64,000 nt of DNA, taken from NCBI GenBank assembly GCA_963169195.1, contig CAUJDN010000109.1, positions 5,695 through 69,694 on the forward strand. The letters are read 5' to 3'. Made by a program: the position numbers and the translations under genes. Within the stretch, counting starts at the first letter, position 1. Every line of letters begins with the position of its first letter. This stretch comes from Acidobacteriota bacterium. GTDB taxonomy: Bacteria; Acidobacteriota; Vicinamibacteria; Vicinamibacterales; UBA2999. This document shows positions 1 to 8,048 of the stretch, piece by piece. A model generated the notes under the pieces. That model did not search any database and was not told where the DNA came from. It saw nothing but the letters and a program-made list of their open reading frames with translations.

Positions 1-1046
1 CCCCAGAACGCCAGCAGCACGCCGAGCCCGCCGCCGACAACGGCCAGCAGCACGCTCTCGGTGAGCAGTTGGCGCACCAGCATGCGGCGGCCGGCGCCGA
101 GCGCCGCGCGAATGGCGAGCTCGCGGGCGCGGACCGTGGCGCGTGCCATCAGCAGGTTGGCCACGTTGGCCACGACGATCAGGAGGACGCACACAACGGC
201 GCCCAGCAGGACGAGGAGCGGCGTGCGGGCCGATCGCACCAGCACGTCCTGGAGCGGGGTGACCAGCGGCGTGAAGTTCGAGTTCGTGTCGGGGTACGCG
301 CGGGACAGTTGCTGGCCGATGGTCTCGAGCTCGGCGTTGGCGGCGGCGAGCGACACGCCCGCCTTGAGGCGCGCGAGGCCGCGCAGGTAGTGCATCCCGC
401 GGTTCTCGCGGGGATCGCCGCCGCCGCCCGCGGGAAGATCGTAGGTCGACGCGATCCACATCTCCGCCCTGTCGGGAACGCTCACGGTCGCCGGCATGAC
501 GCCCACGATCGTGTACGGCTCGCCGTTCAGGCGCAGGGTCTGCCCGACGATGTCGGAGGTGCCGGCAAAACGGCGCTGCCACAACCCGTACCCCAGCACG
601 ATGACATTCGATTGCCCGGGCTCGGCGTCCGCCGGAGTGAAGGCTCGCCCCAGCACAGGGGCCACACCCAGCACGTCGAAGAAGGTCGTCGAGGTGAAGG
701 CCGCGGCCAGCCGCTCGGGCTCCCCGCCGGTCGTGGCGACGTTCGCATTGCGGACGGTGTAGACGCTCATGGCGTCGAACGACTGCGCCTGCTTCCGCCA
801 GTCCGCGAAGTTCGCCGGAGCAATGGCGCCGCGGTCGCGGTTGCGGATCTCGACCTCGTTGAGGTCGACGATGCGGTCCGCATCCTTGAACGGCAATCCC
901 TGCAGCAGCACGGCGTTGACGACGGAGAACATCGCGGTATTGGCCCCGATGCCGACGGCCAGCGTGAACACGATGACGATGGTGAACAGGGGGGTGCGCG
1001 TCAGCATGCGCGCGGCGTGACGGAGATCCTGGATGATGCGGTCCAT
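1..1046 (-). CDS. ABC transporter permease, MacB/FtsX type; 5' part only, the gene continues past the window start
   Basis: Not in the ORF track because there is no stop in the window. Reverse translation from the ATG (CAT at 1044-1046) gives MDRIIQDLRHAARMLTRTPLFTIVIVFTLAVGIGANTAMFSVVNAVLLQGLPFKDADRIV...RARELAIRAALGAGRRMLVRQLLTESVLLAVVGGGLGVLLAFW. This shows an N-terminal TM helix, a MacB-like periplasmic domain and an FtsX TM region. The plus-strand ORF 69..1061 is its antisense shadow. Confidence 0.85.
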   Translation of the reverse strand, partial: MDRIIQDLRHAARMLTRTPLFTIVIVFTLAVGIGANTAMFSVVNAVLLQGLPFKDADRIVDLNEVEIRNRDRGAIAPANFADWRKQAQSFDAMSVYTVRNANVATTGGEPERLAAAFTSTTFFDVLGVAPVLGRAFTPADAEPGQSNVIVLGYGLWQRRFAGTSDIVGQTLRLNGEPYTIVGVMPATVSVPDRAEMWIASTYDLPAGGGGDPRENRGMHYLRGLARLKAGVSLAAANAELETIGQQLSRAYPDTNSNFTPLVTPLQDVLVRSARTPLLVLLGAVVCVLLIVVANVANLLMARATVRARELAIRAALGAGRRMLVRQLLTESVLLAVVGGGLGVLLAFW

Positions 1047-1193
1047 GCACTGCCTGCTTGAGCATGTTCCCTGCCATCGCGTCCGGCTTTCCGCCAAGTG
1101 ACGTCGCCACAGGGGCTTAGCAGATCCCGAGGACGATTTAACATCTGTCACAGGGACTGTCCCCACTGTCCGTCTGTGGGACGAGGGTGTACC

Positions 1194-1442
1194 ATGGAAG
1201 CGATGGCGCGGGGGTGGGAGTCGAAGGCCGTGGAATCGCAGCAGGCCGATGCTGCCCGGGCCAGGCCCGACCGCCCGGAACTCACGCCCGCCGAGCGTGA
1301 CCGCCTCCAGGAGCGCCAGTCCCTCGAACTCGCGCTCGCCCAGACCCAGGCCGAGCTCATGGCCGCATGCCGGGCCGCGCACCGGGACATGCTGCAGCAG
1401 CGTCTCACGGCGATCCGGCAGGCCCTCGCCGCCCTGTCTTGA
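1194..1442 (+). CDS. small hypothetical protein (MEAMARGWESKAVESQ..., predicted helical)
   Basis: Internal ATG at 1194 of ORF 1098..1442, with GAGGG upstream. High GC3. No recognised function. Confidence 0.5.
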   Translation: MEAMARGWESKAVESQQADAARARPDRPELTPAERDRLQERQSLELALAQTQAELMAACRAAHRDMLQQRLTAIRQALAALS

Positions 1443-1542
1443 AGACATGCGGGGGATTTGCTAAGCTCGTGGCCCAAGCCAGTTTGAGTTTCGCTGCCCC
1501 ATCGCCCCTCGTCACGACCTAGCCCTACAGTCAGAGTCACCT

Positions 1543-2265
1543 GTGCCATCAGTCCGATTGTTCGTCGGCAATTTGCCCTATCAGGCCACTGAAGACGATC
1601 TGCGTGCGCACTTCTCGCAGGTCGGTGAGCCGACCCAGATTGTCCGTCCGCTGGATCGCGAAACGGGCCGCGCGCGCGGCTTCGCCTTCGTCGAATATGC
1701 CGATCGCGCCCCGGCCGAGGAAGCCATCAAGCGCTTCGACGGACAGCTGTTCATGGGGAGGCCACTGGCCGTCAGCGAGGCGCGCGCCCGGGAGGATCGC
1801 GGCCCCTCGTCAGGTCCGCGCCCCGGCGGCTACGGGAGCCCGCGCCCCGGCGGCCCGGGCGGCTACGGCGGTGCCCGACCCGGCGGTCCGGGCAGTGGGT
1901 ACGGCGGTCCCCGTCCCGGCGGAGGTTTCGGCGGAGGCGGCGGCTTTGGCGGCCCCCGTCCGGGCGGCTTCGGCGGTCCGCGCCCCGGCGAGGGCCCTCC
2001 CGGCGCGGCCCGCACGCGCGACTTCGGTCCACCGGCCCCGCCGAAGGGGAAGAAGGGTGCCAAACCCGGGTTCAAGAAGGACGAGAACCGGCCTCGCGGC
2101 CCGATTCCCACCAAGTTCACCGGCCGCATGTACGACCTGGACGACGTCGAGAAGGAAGACGAGGCCGGCGACGAGGTCCCCGACTTCATGAAGCCGGACG
2201 AGGTGGACGGACCGGACGCTCCAGACGTCCCGGACCCGACCGACGGCACCGACGAGGAGAGCTGA
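1543..2265 (+). CDS. RNA-binding protein: N-terminal RRM domain plus long Gly/Pro/Arg-rich low-complexity region and acidic C-terminus
   Basis: RNP motifs are present: LFVGNLPY (RNP2) and RGFAFVEY (RNP1). These are followed by repeated (G/P)RPGG(Y/F)GG units and a D/E-rich tail. GTG start. Confidence 0.9.
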   Translation: MPSVRLFVGNLPYQATEDDLRAHFSQVGEPTQIVRPLDRETGRARGFAFVEYADRAPAEEAIKRFDGQLFMGRPLAVSEARAREDRGPSSGPRPGGYGSPRPGGPGGYGGARPGGPGSGYGGPRPGGGFGGGGGFGGPRPGGFGGPRPGEGPPGAARTRDFGPPAPPKGKKGAKPGFKKDENRPRGPIPTKFTGRMYDLDDVEKEDEAGDEVPDFMKPDEVDGPDAPDVPDPTDGTDEES

Positions 2266-2266
2266 C

Positions 2267-2824
2267 ATGGTGAAGCGCGAGGACGCCATCCTCTTCAGTG
2301 GTGGCGCCCAGGGCGCCGAAGCCGCGTTCGGGGCCGCGGCCGAGCGCGTCGGCATCGAGGAGGTCAACTTCTCCTTCGACGGCCACAAGCCCGTGCGCAC
2401 GCGCGGGCTCCGCGTCCTCAACCACGAGGAGCTGCACGCCGGCGAGGTGAGCCTCGCCTACGTCGCGCGGCTGATGAACCGCCGCTATCCGGACACGCCG
2501 ACCTTCCGCAAGATCCTCCAGAGCATCTGGTACCAGATCAACAACGGCCAGGAAGTCTACGTCGTCGGCGCCATCGAGCCCGACGGGACCGTGCGGGGCG
2601 GCACGGGGTGGGGTGCCGAGTTCGCGAAGCTCTGCAACAAGCCGCTGTTCGTGTTCGACCAGAAGCAGGACGGCTGGTTCGAGTGGGACGGCGAAACCTG
2701 GCGCGCCCGCACCGGCACGGATCTGCCGACCGTCCAGCACATCCACGTCACGGGCACGGGCACCCGATTCCTCGAGGACAACGGCCGGAAGGCCATCGAC
2801 GATCTCTTCGCACGCTCGTTCTGA
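2267..2824 (+). CDS. hypothetical protein, possible SLOG/DprA/LOG-like Rossmann fold
   Basis: The ATG lies 1 nt after the RRM gene stop, suggesting translational coupling. Motifs FSGGAQGAEAAFG and GGTGWGAEFAKLCNKPLFVF resemble the glycine-rich loops of the SLOG superfamily. The fold call is a guess from motifs only. Confidence 0.6.
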   Translation: MVKREDAILFSGGAQGAEAAFGAAAERVGIEEVNFSFDGHKPVRTRGLRVLNHEELHAGEVSLAYVARLMNRRYPDTPTFRKILQSIWYQINNGQEVYVVGAIEPDGTVRGGTGWGAEFAKLCNKPLFVFDQKQDGWFEWDGETWRARTGTDLPTVQHIHVTGTGTRFLEDNGRKAIDDLFARSF

Positions 2825-2843
2825 CCCGCCTTCGCTCATTCCC

Positions 2844-4139
2844 GTGCGCGAGACCTTCGGCGCGGCAGGGCCTCCGACCTTCCAGCGAGAACTGATCGCC
2901 GGCGTCACGACCTTCTTCACGATGGCCTACATCGTGGTGGTCAACCCGGCCATCCTGTCGGCCGGGGGCACGGGCCTGCCGTTCTCCGGCGCGCTCACCG
3001 CCACCGTGCTCGTCTGCGTGACGATGACGCTGCTGATGGGGCTCTACGCCAAGCTGCCCTTCGGCGTCGCGCCGGGGATGGGCTTGAACGCCTTCTTCGC
3101 CTACACGCTGGTCATCGCGAACGGCGTGCCGTGGCCCGTGGCGCTCGGCATCATCTTCTGGGCCGGGGTGTTCTTCCTCATCGCGTCGGTCACGCCGCTC
3201 CGCGAGCAGATTGCGATGGCGATACCGCCGTCGCTGCGCACGGCCACCGCGGCCGGCATCGGCCTGCTGCTCACCTTCATCGGGCTGCAGAACGCCGGCT
3301 TCGTCGGCCCGAATCCGGCGACCATCGTCGGCGTCGGGCCGCTGGACCACCGCGCCCTGCTGGCGCTGGTGGGCCTGTTCGTGAGCATCCGGCTCTCGCG
3401 GTCGGGTAATCCCCTCGCCTACCTCGCCGGCATCTTCGTCGTCACCGCCGCGGCGTGGGCGGGCGGATGGGTCGAGGTGCCGGCACGCTGGCTGAGCCTG
3501 CCGGATTTCTCGTCGGCGTTCTTCAAGCTCGACGTCCGGGGCGCCCTCACGTGGTCGCTCGCGCCCGCCATCGTCACCGTGATGATGACGGACCTCTTCG
3601 ACTCGCTCTCCACGTTCATCGGCGTGGCGCAAGCCTCTGGCATGACCGACGAGCGCGGGCAGCCGAAGAACCTCCGCCAGGGGCTGATCGTGGATGCGTG
3701 GGCCACACTGACGGCGGGGCTCTTCGGCAGTTCGTCGGGAACAGCCTACGTGGAGAGCATCGCGGGGATCCGCATGGGCGGGCGCACGGGCACGACGGCG
3801 GTGGTCACGGCGCTCTGTTTCGTGCCGTGCCTGTTCGTCGGGCCGATGGCGGCGGCCGTGCCCAACTACGCCACGGCGCCGGTGCTGATGCTCGTGGGCG
3901 TCGCGATGTTCGGCACGGTCACGGCCATCGCATTCGACCGGCTGGAGGTGGCCGTGCCGGCCTTCGTGACGCTGGTTCTCATCCCGCTCACCTTCTCCAT
4001 CACTCAGGGTATCCTCTGGGGGTTCGTCCTCCACGCCCTGCTGCATCAGCTGGTTGGACGCGGCCGTGAGGTCAGCGTAGGGTCGTGGGGGCTGGCCGTG
4101 GTTTCCGCCGCGTTGCTGGCGCTGGAGCATGCCCGATGA
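2844..4139 (+). CDS. NCS2 family nucleobase permease (adenine/guanine/hypoxanthine, AzgA/PurP-like)
   Basis: GTG at 2844 inside ORF 2613..4139. The N-terminal signature RELIAGVTTFFTMAYIVVVNPAILS is present, with about 12 hydrophobic segments. The ORF portion upstream of 2844 overlaps the previous gene and looks like junk. Confidence 0.85.
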   Translation: MRETFGAAGPPTFQRELIAGVTTFFTMAYIVVVNPAILSAGGTGLPFSGALTATVLVCVTMTLLMGLYAKLPFGVAPGMGLNAFFAYTLVIANGVPWPVALGIIFWAGVFFLIASVTPLREQIAMAIPPSLRTATAAGIGLLLTFIGLQNAGFVGPNPATIVGVGPLDHRALLALVGLFVSIRLSRSGNPLAYLAGIFVVTAAAWAGGWVEVPARWLSLPDFSSAFFKLDVRGALTWSLAPAIVTVMMTDLFDSLSTFIGVAQASGMTDERGQPKNLRQGLIVDAWATLTAGLFGSSSGTAYVESIAGIRMGGRTGTTAVVTALCFVPCLFVGPMAAAVPNYATAPVLMLVGVAMFGTVTAIAFDRLEVAVPAFVTLVLIPLTFSITQGILWGFVLHALLHQLVGRGREVSVGSWGLAVVSAALLALEHAR

Positions 4140-4672
4140 GCTCACCCATCCTCGACGCCGTGCTGGACGAGTTCCACAAGATCAAGAAGCTGGCCGACAA
4201 GGCGATCGCGCAGCTCACCGACGAGCAGCTTCACGTGAAGATCGACGAGGAGTCGAACTCCGTGGCCGTCCTCATGCGGCACATGGCCGGGAACATGCGC
4301 TCCCGATGGACAGACCTCCTCACGTCTGACGGCGAGAAGCCGGATCGGCACCGCGACCGCGAGTTCGAGGACATCCCGATGACGCGTGCGGATCTGCTGG
4401 CCGAGTGGGAGGCCGGCTGGACGTGCCTCTTCGACGCCCTCGCGCCGCTGACCGACGCGGACCTGCAGCGCACGGTGATCATCCGCGCCGAACCGCACTC
4501 CGTCTACAAGGCCCTCTCGCGCCAGGTCGCGCACTACGCCGGGCACGCGTATCAGATCCTGTTCCTGGGCAAACACCTGAAAGGGTCGGCCTGGACGACG
4601 CTGTCGGTGCCCAGGGGACAGTCCGAGCAATTCAACCGCCGGATGATCGCGCGGCAGAAGGCGGGCGCCTGA
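4136..4672 (+). CDS. DinB/DUF1572 family protein
   Basis: ATGA overlap with the permease stop. The sequence MSSPILDAVLDEFHKIKKLADKAIAQLTDEQL...HYAGHAYQILFLGKHLKG is typical of four-helix DinB-like proteins. Confidence 0.75.
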   Translation: MSSPILDAVLDEFHKIKKLADKAIAQLTDEQLHVKIDEESNSVAVLMRHMAGNMRSRWTDLLTSDGEKPDRHRDREFEDIPMTRADLLAEWEAGWTCLFDALAPLTDADLQRTVIIRAEPHSVYKALSRQVAHYAGHAYQILFLGKHLKGSAWTTLSVPRGQSEQFNRRMIARQKAGA

Positions 4673-5640
4673 TCCGCTGGGGGCTGCTGGGCACGGCCCG
4701 CATCAACCGGCGCCTCGTGCCCGCGATGCGGGCGGCCGGACGATCGACCGTGGTCGCGGTTGCCAGCCGCGAGTTGTCGCGCGCCGACAGCGTCGCTCGC
4801 GCGTGGGGAATCCCGTGCGCCGTCGGCAGCTACCAGGCCCTGCTGGATCGCGACGATGTCACGGCCGTCTACGTCCCTCTCCCGAACGGCCTGCACGTGG
4901 ACTGGACGCTGAACGCCATCCACGCCGGCAAGCACGTGCTGTGCGAGAAGCCGATCGCCCTGGATCCGGCCGACGTGGATCGCATCGCCGTGGCGGCGGC
5001 GCGCGCGGGCGTGGTCGTCGAGGAAGGGTTCATGTACCGGCACGAGCCGCTCACCGCGCGGGTGCTGGATCTGGTCTCCGGCGGCGCGGTCGGCGCCGTC
5101 CGGACCATCGTGTCGGGATTCACGTACGCACAGGGCCGACCAGACGACGTGCGGCTGGATGCGGCGCTCGGCGGCGGCGCACTCTTCGATGTCGGCTGCT
5201 ACCCGATCAGCTACGCGTGCCTCCTGGCCGACCAGGATCCGGCCGCGGCCCTGGGCATCGCGCGGCTCACGCCGGGCGGCGTGGACGAGGAGTTCACCGG
5301 CGTGCTGGGCTATCCAGGCGGCGTGACCGCCTCCATCTACGCGGGTTTCCGCGCGGCGTACCACACGTGGCTCGAGATACTGGGCTCCGAGGGCGTCCTG
5401 ACGGTCGCCAACCCGTTCAGACCCGGCCCCCTCGAGCGGCTCCGGCTCGAGCGGCTCGGGGACACGAGCCGCATCGAGGTGCGCGGATCGGAGACCCTCT
5501 TCACGCGCGAGATCGAGCACTTCGCCGCGTCGGTGCTGGATGGCGCGCCGACGACGATCACGCTCGCCGAGAGCCGCCGCACCGTCGCGGCATCGGCCGC
5601 CCTGCACGCGGCCGCGCGTGCCGGGGGGGAACGGGCATGA
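4669..5640 (+). CDS. Gfo/Idh/MocA family oxidoreductase (start codon uncertain)
   Basis: IRWGLLGTARINRRLVPAM is the Rossmann N-terminus, and EKP(I) is present in HVLCEKPIAL. There is no ATG/GTG/TTG near the homologous N-terminus. The nearest candidates are CTG 4669 and ATC 4672, which overlap the upstream TGA. Confidence 0.8.
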   Translation: MIRWGLLGTARINRRLVPAMRAAGRSTVVAVASRELSRADSVARAWGIPCAVGSYQALLDRDDVTAVYVPLPNGLHVDWTLNAIHAGKHVLCEKPIALDPADVDRIAVAAARAGVVVEEGFMYRHEPLTARVLDLVSGGAVGAVRTIVSGFTYAQGRPDDVRLDAALGGGALFDVGCYPISYACLLADQDPAAALGIARLTPGGVDEEFTGVLGYPGGVTASIYAGFRAAYHTWLEILGSEGVLTVANPFRPGPLERLRLERLGDTSRIEVRGSETLFTREIEHFAASVLDGAPTTITLAESRRTVAASAALHAAARAGGERA

Positions 5641-5849
5641 CCGCGCCCACCACGGTCCTCTGGCGTCTTCGCAGCCCGCGGCGGGAACACGCGCATGCGG
5701 CGATCCTGCCGGGCGGGCCGCCGTTCACCCTGGCCTTCTTCGTGGACCACCAGCTGGATCGCGTGGAGAACTACGACACGCCGGACCTCGCCGTCTTTCG
5801 TGCGGAGGACGTGAAGCGGACCCTCCTCGCGGAGGGGTGGAGCGAGTAG
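5637..5849 (+). CDS. small hypothetical protein (70 aa)
   Basis: ATGA overlap with the previous stop. It is the tail of ORF 4803..5849 (MTAPTTVLWRLRSPRREHAHAAILPGGPPFTLAFFVDHQLDRVENYDTPDLAVFRAEDVKRTLLAEGWSE). High GC3. Confidence 0.55.
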   Translation: MTAPTTVLWRLRSPRREHAHAAILPGGPPFTLAFFVDHQLDRVENYDTPDLAVFRAEDVKRTLLAEGWSE

Positions 5850-6018
5850 GCGCGCCCTTTGGGCGCGTGGGCGCTCCACGTCGGCCGCGCTTCGCGCGGT
5901 CGGCGCGCCCTGCGGGCGCGTGGGATCCCACCGTCAGGCCGACGGCCGAAGGGCCCCCTACCGCAGGCCCACGGCGCGTGAGCCCCGCCCACCGCAGGCC
6001 CACGGCCCGAAGGGCCGC
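5850..6018. repeat. REP-like GC-rich intergenic element: three tri-loop hairpins plus duplicated about 20-nt motifs
   Basis: GGCGCGCCC-TTT-GGGCGCG (5850-5868) and GGCGCGCCC-TGC-GGGCGCG (5902-5921) share the same stem. CCGCGC-TTC-GCGCGG lies at 5885-5899. ACCGCAGGCCCACGGC occurs twice (5960, 5991) and CGGCC(C)GAAGGGCC twice (5942, 6003). Confidence 0.6.
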
Positions 6019-6024
6019 TACAAT
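6019..6024 (+). promoter_or_regulatory. -10-like box TACAAT, 8 nt before the ispG ATG (leaderless-type geometry)
   Basis: TACAAT-GGACAGGC-ATG. The hexamer is rare in this GC context. Confidence 0.4.
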
Positions 6025-6032
6025 GGACAGGC

Positions 6033-7280
6033 ATGCTCCACATCGAGAACCGCCGTCGCACCGTGCCCGTGAAGGTCGGCGGCGTCACCGTCGGCGGCGG
6101 CGCGCCCATCGTGGTGCAGTCCATGACGATGACCGACACGGCGGATGCGGCGGCGACGGCGCGGCAGTGCGTGGAGCTGTGGGAAGCCGGCTCCGAGATG
6201 GTCCGCGTGACCGTGAACCTGCCGGAGGCGGCTGCCGCGGTGCCGGAAATCAAGCGGCGGATGCTCGACGTCGGCTGCACGGCGCCGCTCATCGGCGACT
6301 TCCATTACAACGGCCACCTGCTGCTCACGCGGTTTCCCGAGTGCGCCCGCGCGCTGGACAAGTACCGGATCAACCCGGGGAACGTCGGCACCGGGAAGCG
6401 CCGCGACGAGCAGTTCTCCACCATCTGCCAGGTGGCGCGCGATCACGGCAAACCGGTCCGCATCGGCGTCAACGGCGGCTCCCTCGACCAGGAGCTGGTG
6501 ATGGCGAAGATGCAGGAGAACACCGACCGCGGCCTCGGGCGCGAGTCGGACGACATCGTCAACGAGTGCATGGTGCTGTCGGCCGTGCAGTCCACCGAGC
6601 TCGCCCTCGAGTCCGGGCTGACCGGGAACCAGATCATCGTCTCCTGCAAGGTGTCGCGCCCGCGCCACCTGATCGACGTGTACCGCGCGCTGGCGAAACA
6701 GACGCGGCAGCCGCTGCACCTGGGCCTCACCGAGGCGGGCATGGGCACGAAGGGCCTGGTGTGGTCGGCCGCGGCCATCGGCATTCTCCTGAACGAGGGC
6801 ATCGGCGACACCATCCGCGTGTCGCTCACGCCGCGGCCCGGAGGCGACCGGCGCGAGGAGGTGTACGCGGCCTGCGAGATCCTGCAGGCGCTCGGCCTGC
6901 GCTCCTTCGCGCCGAGCGTCACGGCCTGCCCGGGGTGCGGCCGCACGACCAGCACCACGTTCCAGGAGCTGGCCGAGGCGGTGCAGGGATACATCCGTGC
7001 GCAGATGCCCGCGTGGAGCCAGCGCTACGAGGGCGTGGAGCGCCTCACGCTGGCCGTGATGGGTTGCGTCGTCAATGGCCCCGGCGAGTCGAAGGCCGCC
7101 AACATCGGCATCTCGCTCCCGGGGACCGGCGAGGCACCGAACTGCCCGGTGTTCATCGACGGCCAGCACGTCACGACGCTGCGCGGCACCTATGAAGAGC
7201 TGGCGGCGGCGTTCGAGAAGCTGGTGGACGAGTACGTCGAGACGCACTACGCAAGGAAGGAACAGGTTTTGGGGTTCTGA
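6033..7280 (+). CDS. ispG: 4-hydroxy-3-methylbut-2-en-1-yl diphosphate synthase (flavodoxin), MEP pathway
   Basis: Full-length match by eye to IspG/GcpE: [31 protein letters not shown], and C-terminal CPGCGRT...[10 protein letters not shown] cluster ligands. Confidence 0.95.
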   Translation: MLHIENRRRTVPVKVGGVTVGGGAPIVVQSMTMTDTADAAATARQCVELWEAGSEMVRVTVNLPEAAAAVPEIKRRMLDVGCTAPLIGDFHYNGHLLLTRFPECARALDKYRINPGNVGTGKRRDEQFSTICQVARDHGKPVRIGVNGGSLDQELVMAKMQENTDRGLGRESDDIVNECMVLSAVQSTELALESGLTGNQIIVSCKVSRPRHLIDVYRALAKQTRQPLHLGLTEAGMGTKGLVWSAAAIGILLNEGIGDTIRVSLTPRPGGDRREEVYAACEILQALGLRSFAPSVTACPGCGRTTSTTFQELAEAVQGYIRAQMPAWSQRYEGVERLTLAVMGCVVNGPGESKAANIGISLPGTGEAPNCPVFIDGQHVTTLRGTYEELAAAFEKLVDEYVETHYARKEQVLGF

Positions 7281-7326
7281 GGTTCTGGGGTTCTGGGGTT
7301 CTGAAGTTCTGGGGTTCTCGGGTTCG
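7271..7326 (+). repeat. tandem octamer array, GGGGTTCT-type, 7 units
   Basis: ggggttct gaggttct ggggttct ggggttct gaagttct ggggttct cgggttcg. The ispG stop codon (7278-7280) lies inside the first unit boundary. Confidence 0.9.
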
Positions 7327-7437
7327 TTGATTCGTGCGACTCCCGACTCCCGGTTCCCGACTCCCGGCGTGCTCTCCCCCCGACGCCATCGCAACCACTC
7401 GCCATACTCCACGCAGAGACCGCGGTGGGAGCTCCCC

Positions 7438-7998
7438 ATGACGCGCGTGGTGGCCGATCAACCCCTTGACGAGCGGCTCGGCCAGCTGCTGAACGTCGAG
7501 CAGCGGCTGCAGCGACAGGTGGAGGCCGCTCGCCTCGAAGCCGAGCGCCTCGTCGCCGACGCGCGGGCGCTGGCCGTCCAGGGCGCCGACGGGCTGGCGC
7601 CGCCCGGCTGGCCGACACGCGAGATCGACGTGGACCTCGAGACGGTGGAGTTGTGGGGCCTGAAGGTCGTCGAGCGGACCCATCGTCCCTCGGTCGTCCG
7701 AGGCCTCGCCGTGCGAGGCGTGCTCCCGGCGCCCGTCGAGGCCGCGGCGGAGGACGCCGCCCGGGCCTTCGAGACGCTGATCGAGCAGCTGCTGGAGGCC
7801 GCACCGCTGGAACACCTGATGCGGCGGCTGGGCCAGTTGCTCGCACGAACGACGCGACTGGTGAACACGCTGGAGCAGCGCGTGGCCGCGGAGCTGTCAT
7901 CGGGACTGTCGTCGATTCAGCGGACGCTCGAGGAGCGCGAGCGCGAAGAGCACCTGCGGGTGAAGATGCTCATCGCGCGACGGGCCAGGTGGGATTAG
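7438..7998 (+). CDS. V/A-type ATPase subunit D-like protein (orphan, divergent N-terminus)
   Basis: Internal ATG of ORF 7075..7998, with GGGAG upstream. The C-terminal ARTTRLVNTLEQRVAAELSSGLSSIQRTLEEREREEHLRVKMLIARRA matches the subunit D signature (TTRRVNALE ... LEEREREE.FRLK). No other V-ATPase genes are in the window. Confidence 0.65.
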   Translation: MTRVVADQPLDERLGQLLNVEQRLQRQVEAARLEAERLVADARALAVQGADGLAPPGWPTREIDVDLETVELWGLKVVERTHRPSVVRGLAVRGVLPAPVEAAAEDAARAFETLIEQLLEAAPLEHLMRRLGQLLARTTRLVNTLEQRVAAELSSGLSSIQRTLEEREREEHLRVKMLIARRARWD

Positions 7999-8003
7999 GA
8001 TTT

Positions 8004-8044
8004 GGGGGGTCCAAGGGTGCAGGGGTGCAAGGGTACAGGGGTGC
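8004..8044 (+). repeat. tandem octamer array, AGGGGTGC-type (reverse complement of the GCACCCCT family), 4-5 units
   Basis: ggggggtcc aagggtgc aggggtgc aagggtac aggggtgc. It fills the gap between the stop at 7998 and the GTG start at 8049. Confidence 0.85.
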
Positions 8045-8048
8045 TGAT

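Noticed and set aside
69-1061. 330-aa plus-strand ORF at the window start, and similar shadows (6018..7439 minus, 15252..16514 plus, 16442..18055 minus, 36478..38685 minus, and others).
   Set aside because: Each lies opposite a gene with clear family motifs and has the Arg/Gly/His/Asp-rich composition of antisense frames in high-GC DNA.
2825-2843. A purine riboswitch upstream of the NCS2 nucleobase permease, and a cobalamin riboswitch upstream of the B12-type radical SAM gene.
   Set aside because: The gap before the permease is only about 19 nt. The region upstream of the radical SAM gene is entirely tandem repeat. No riboswitch-like conserved cores were seen.
7271-7326. GGGGTTCT repeats considered as telomere ends or an assembly or vector artefact.
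   Set aside because: The arrays are internal and flanked by normal genes on both sides. They occur at several loci on both strands with locus-specific decay patterns. This argues for genuine genomic microsatellites, although read-level confirmation is still desirable.
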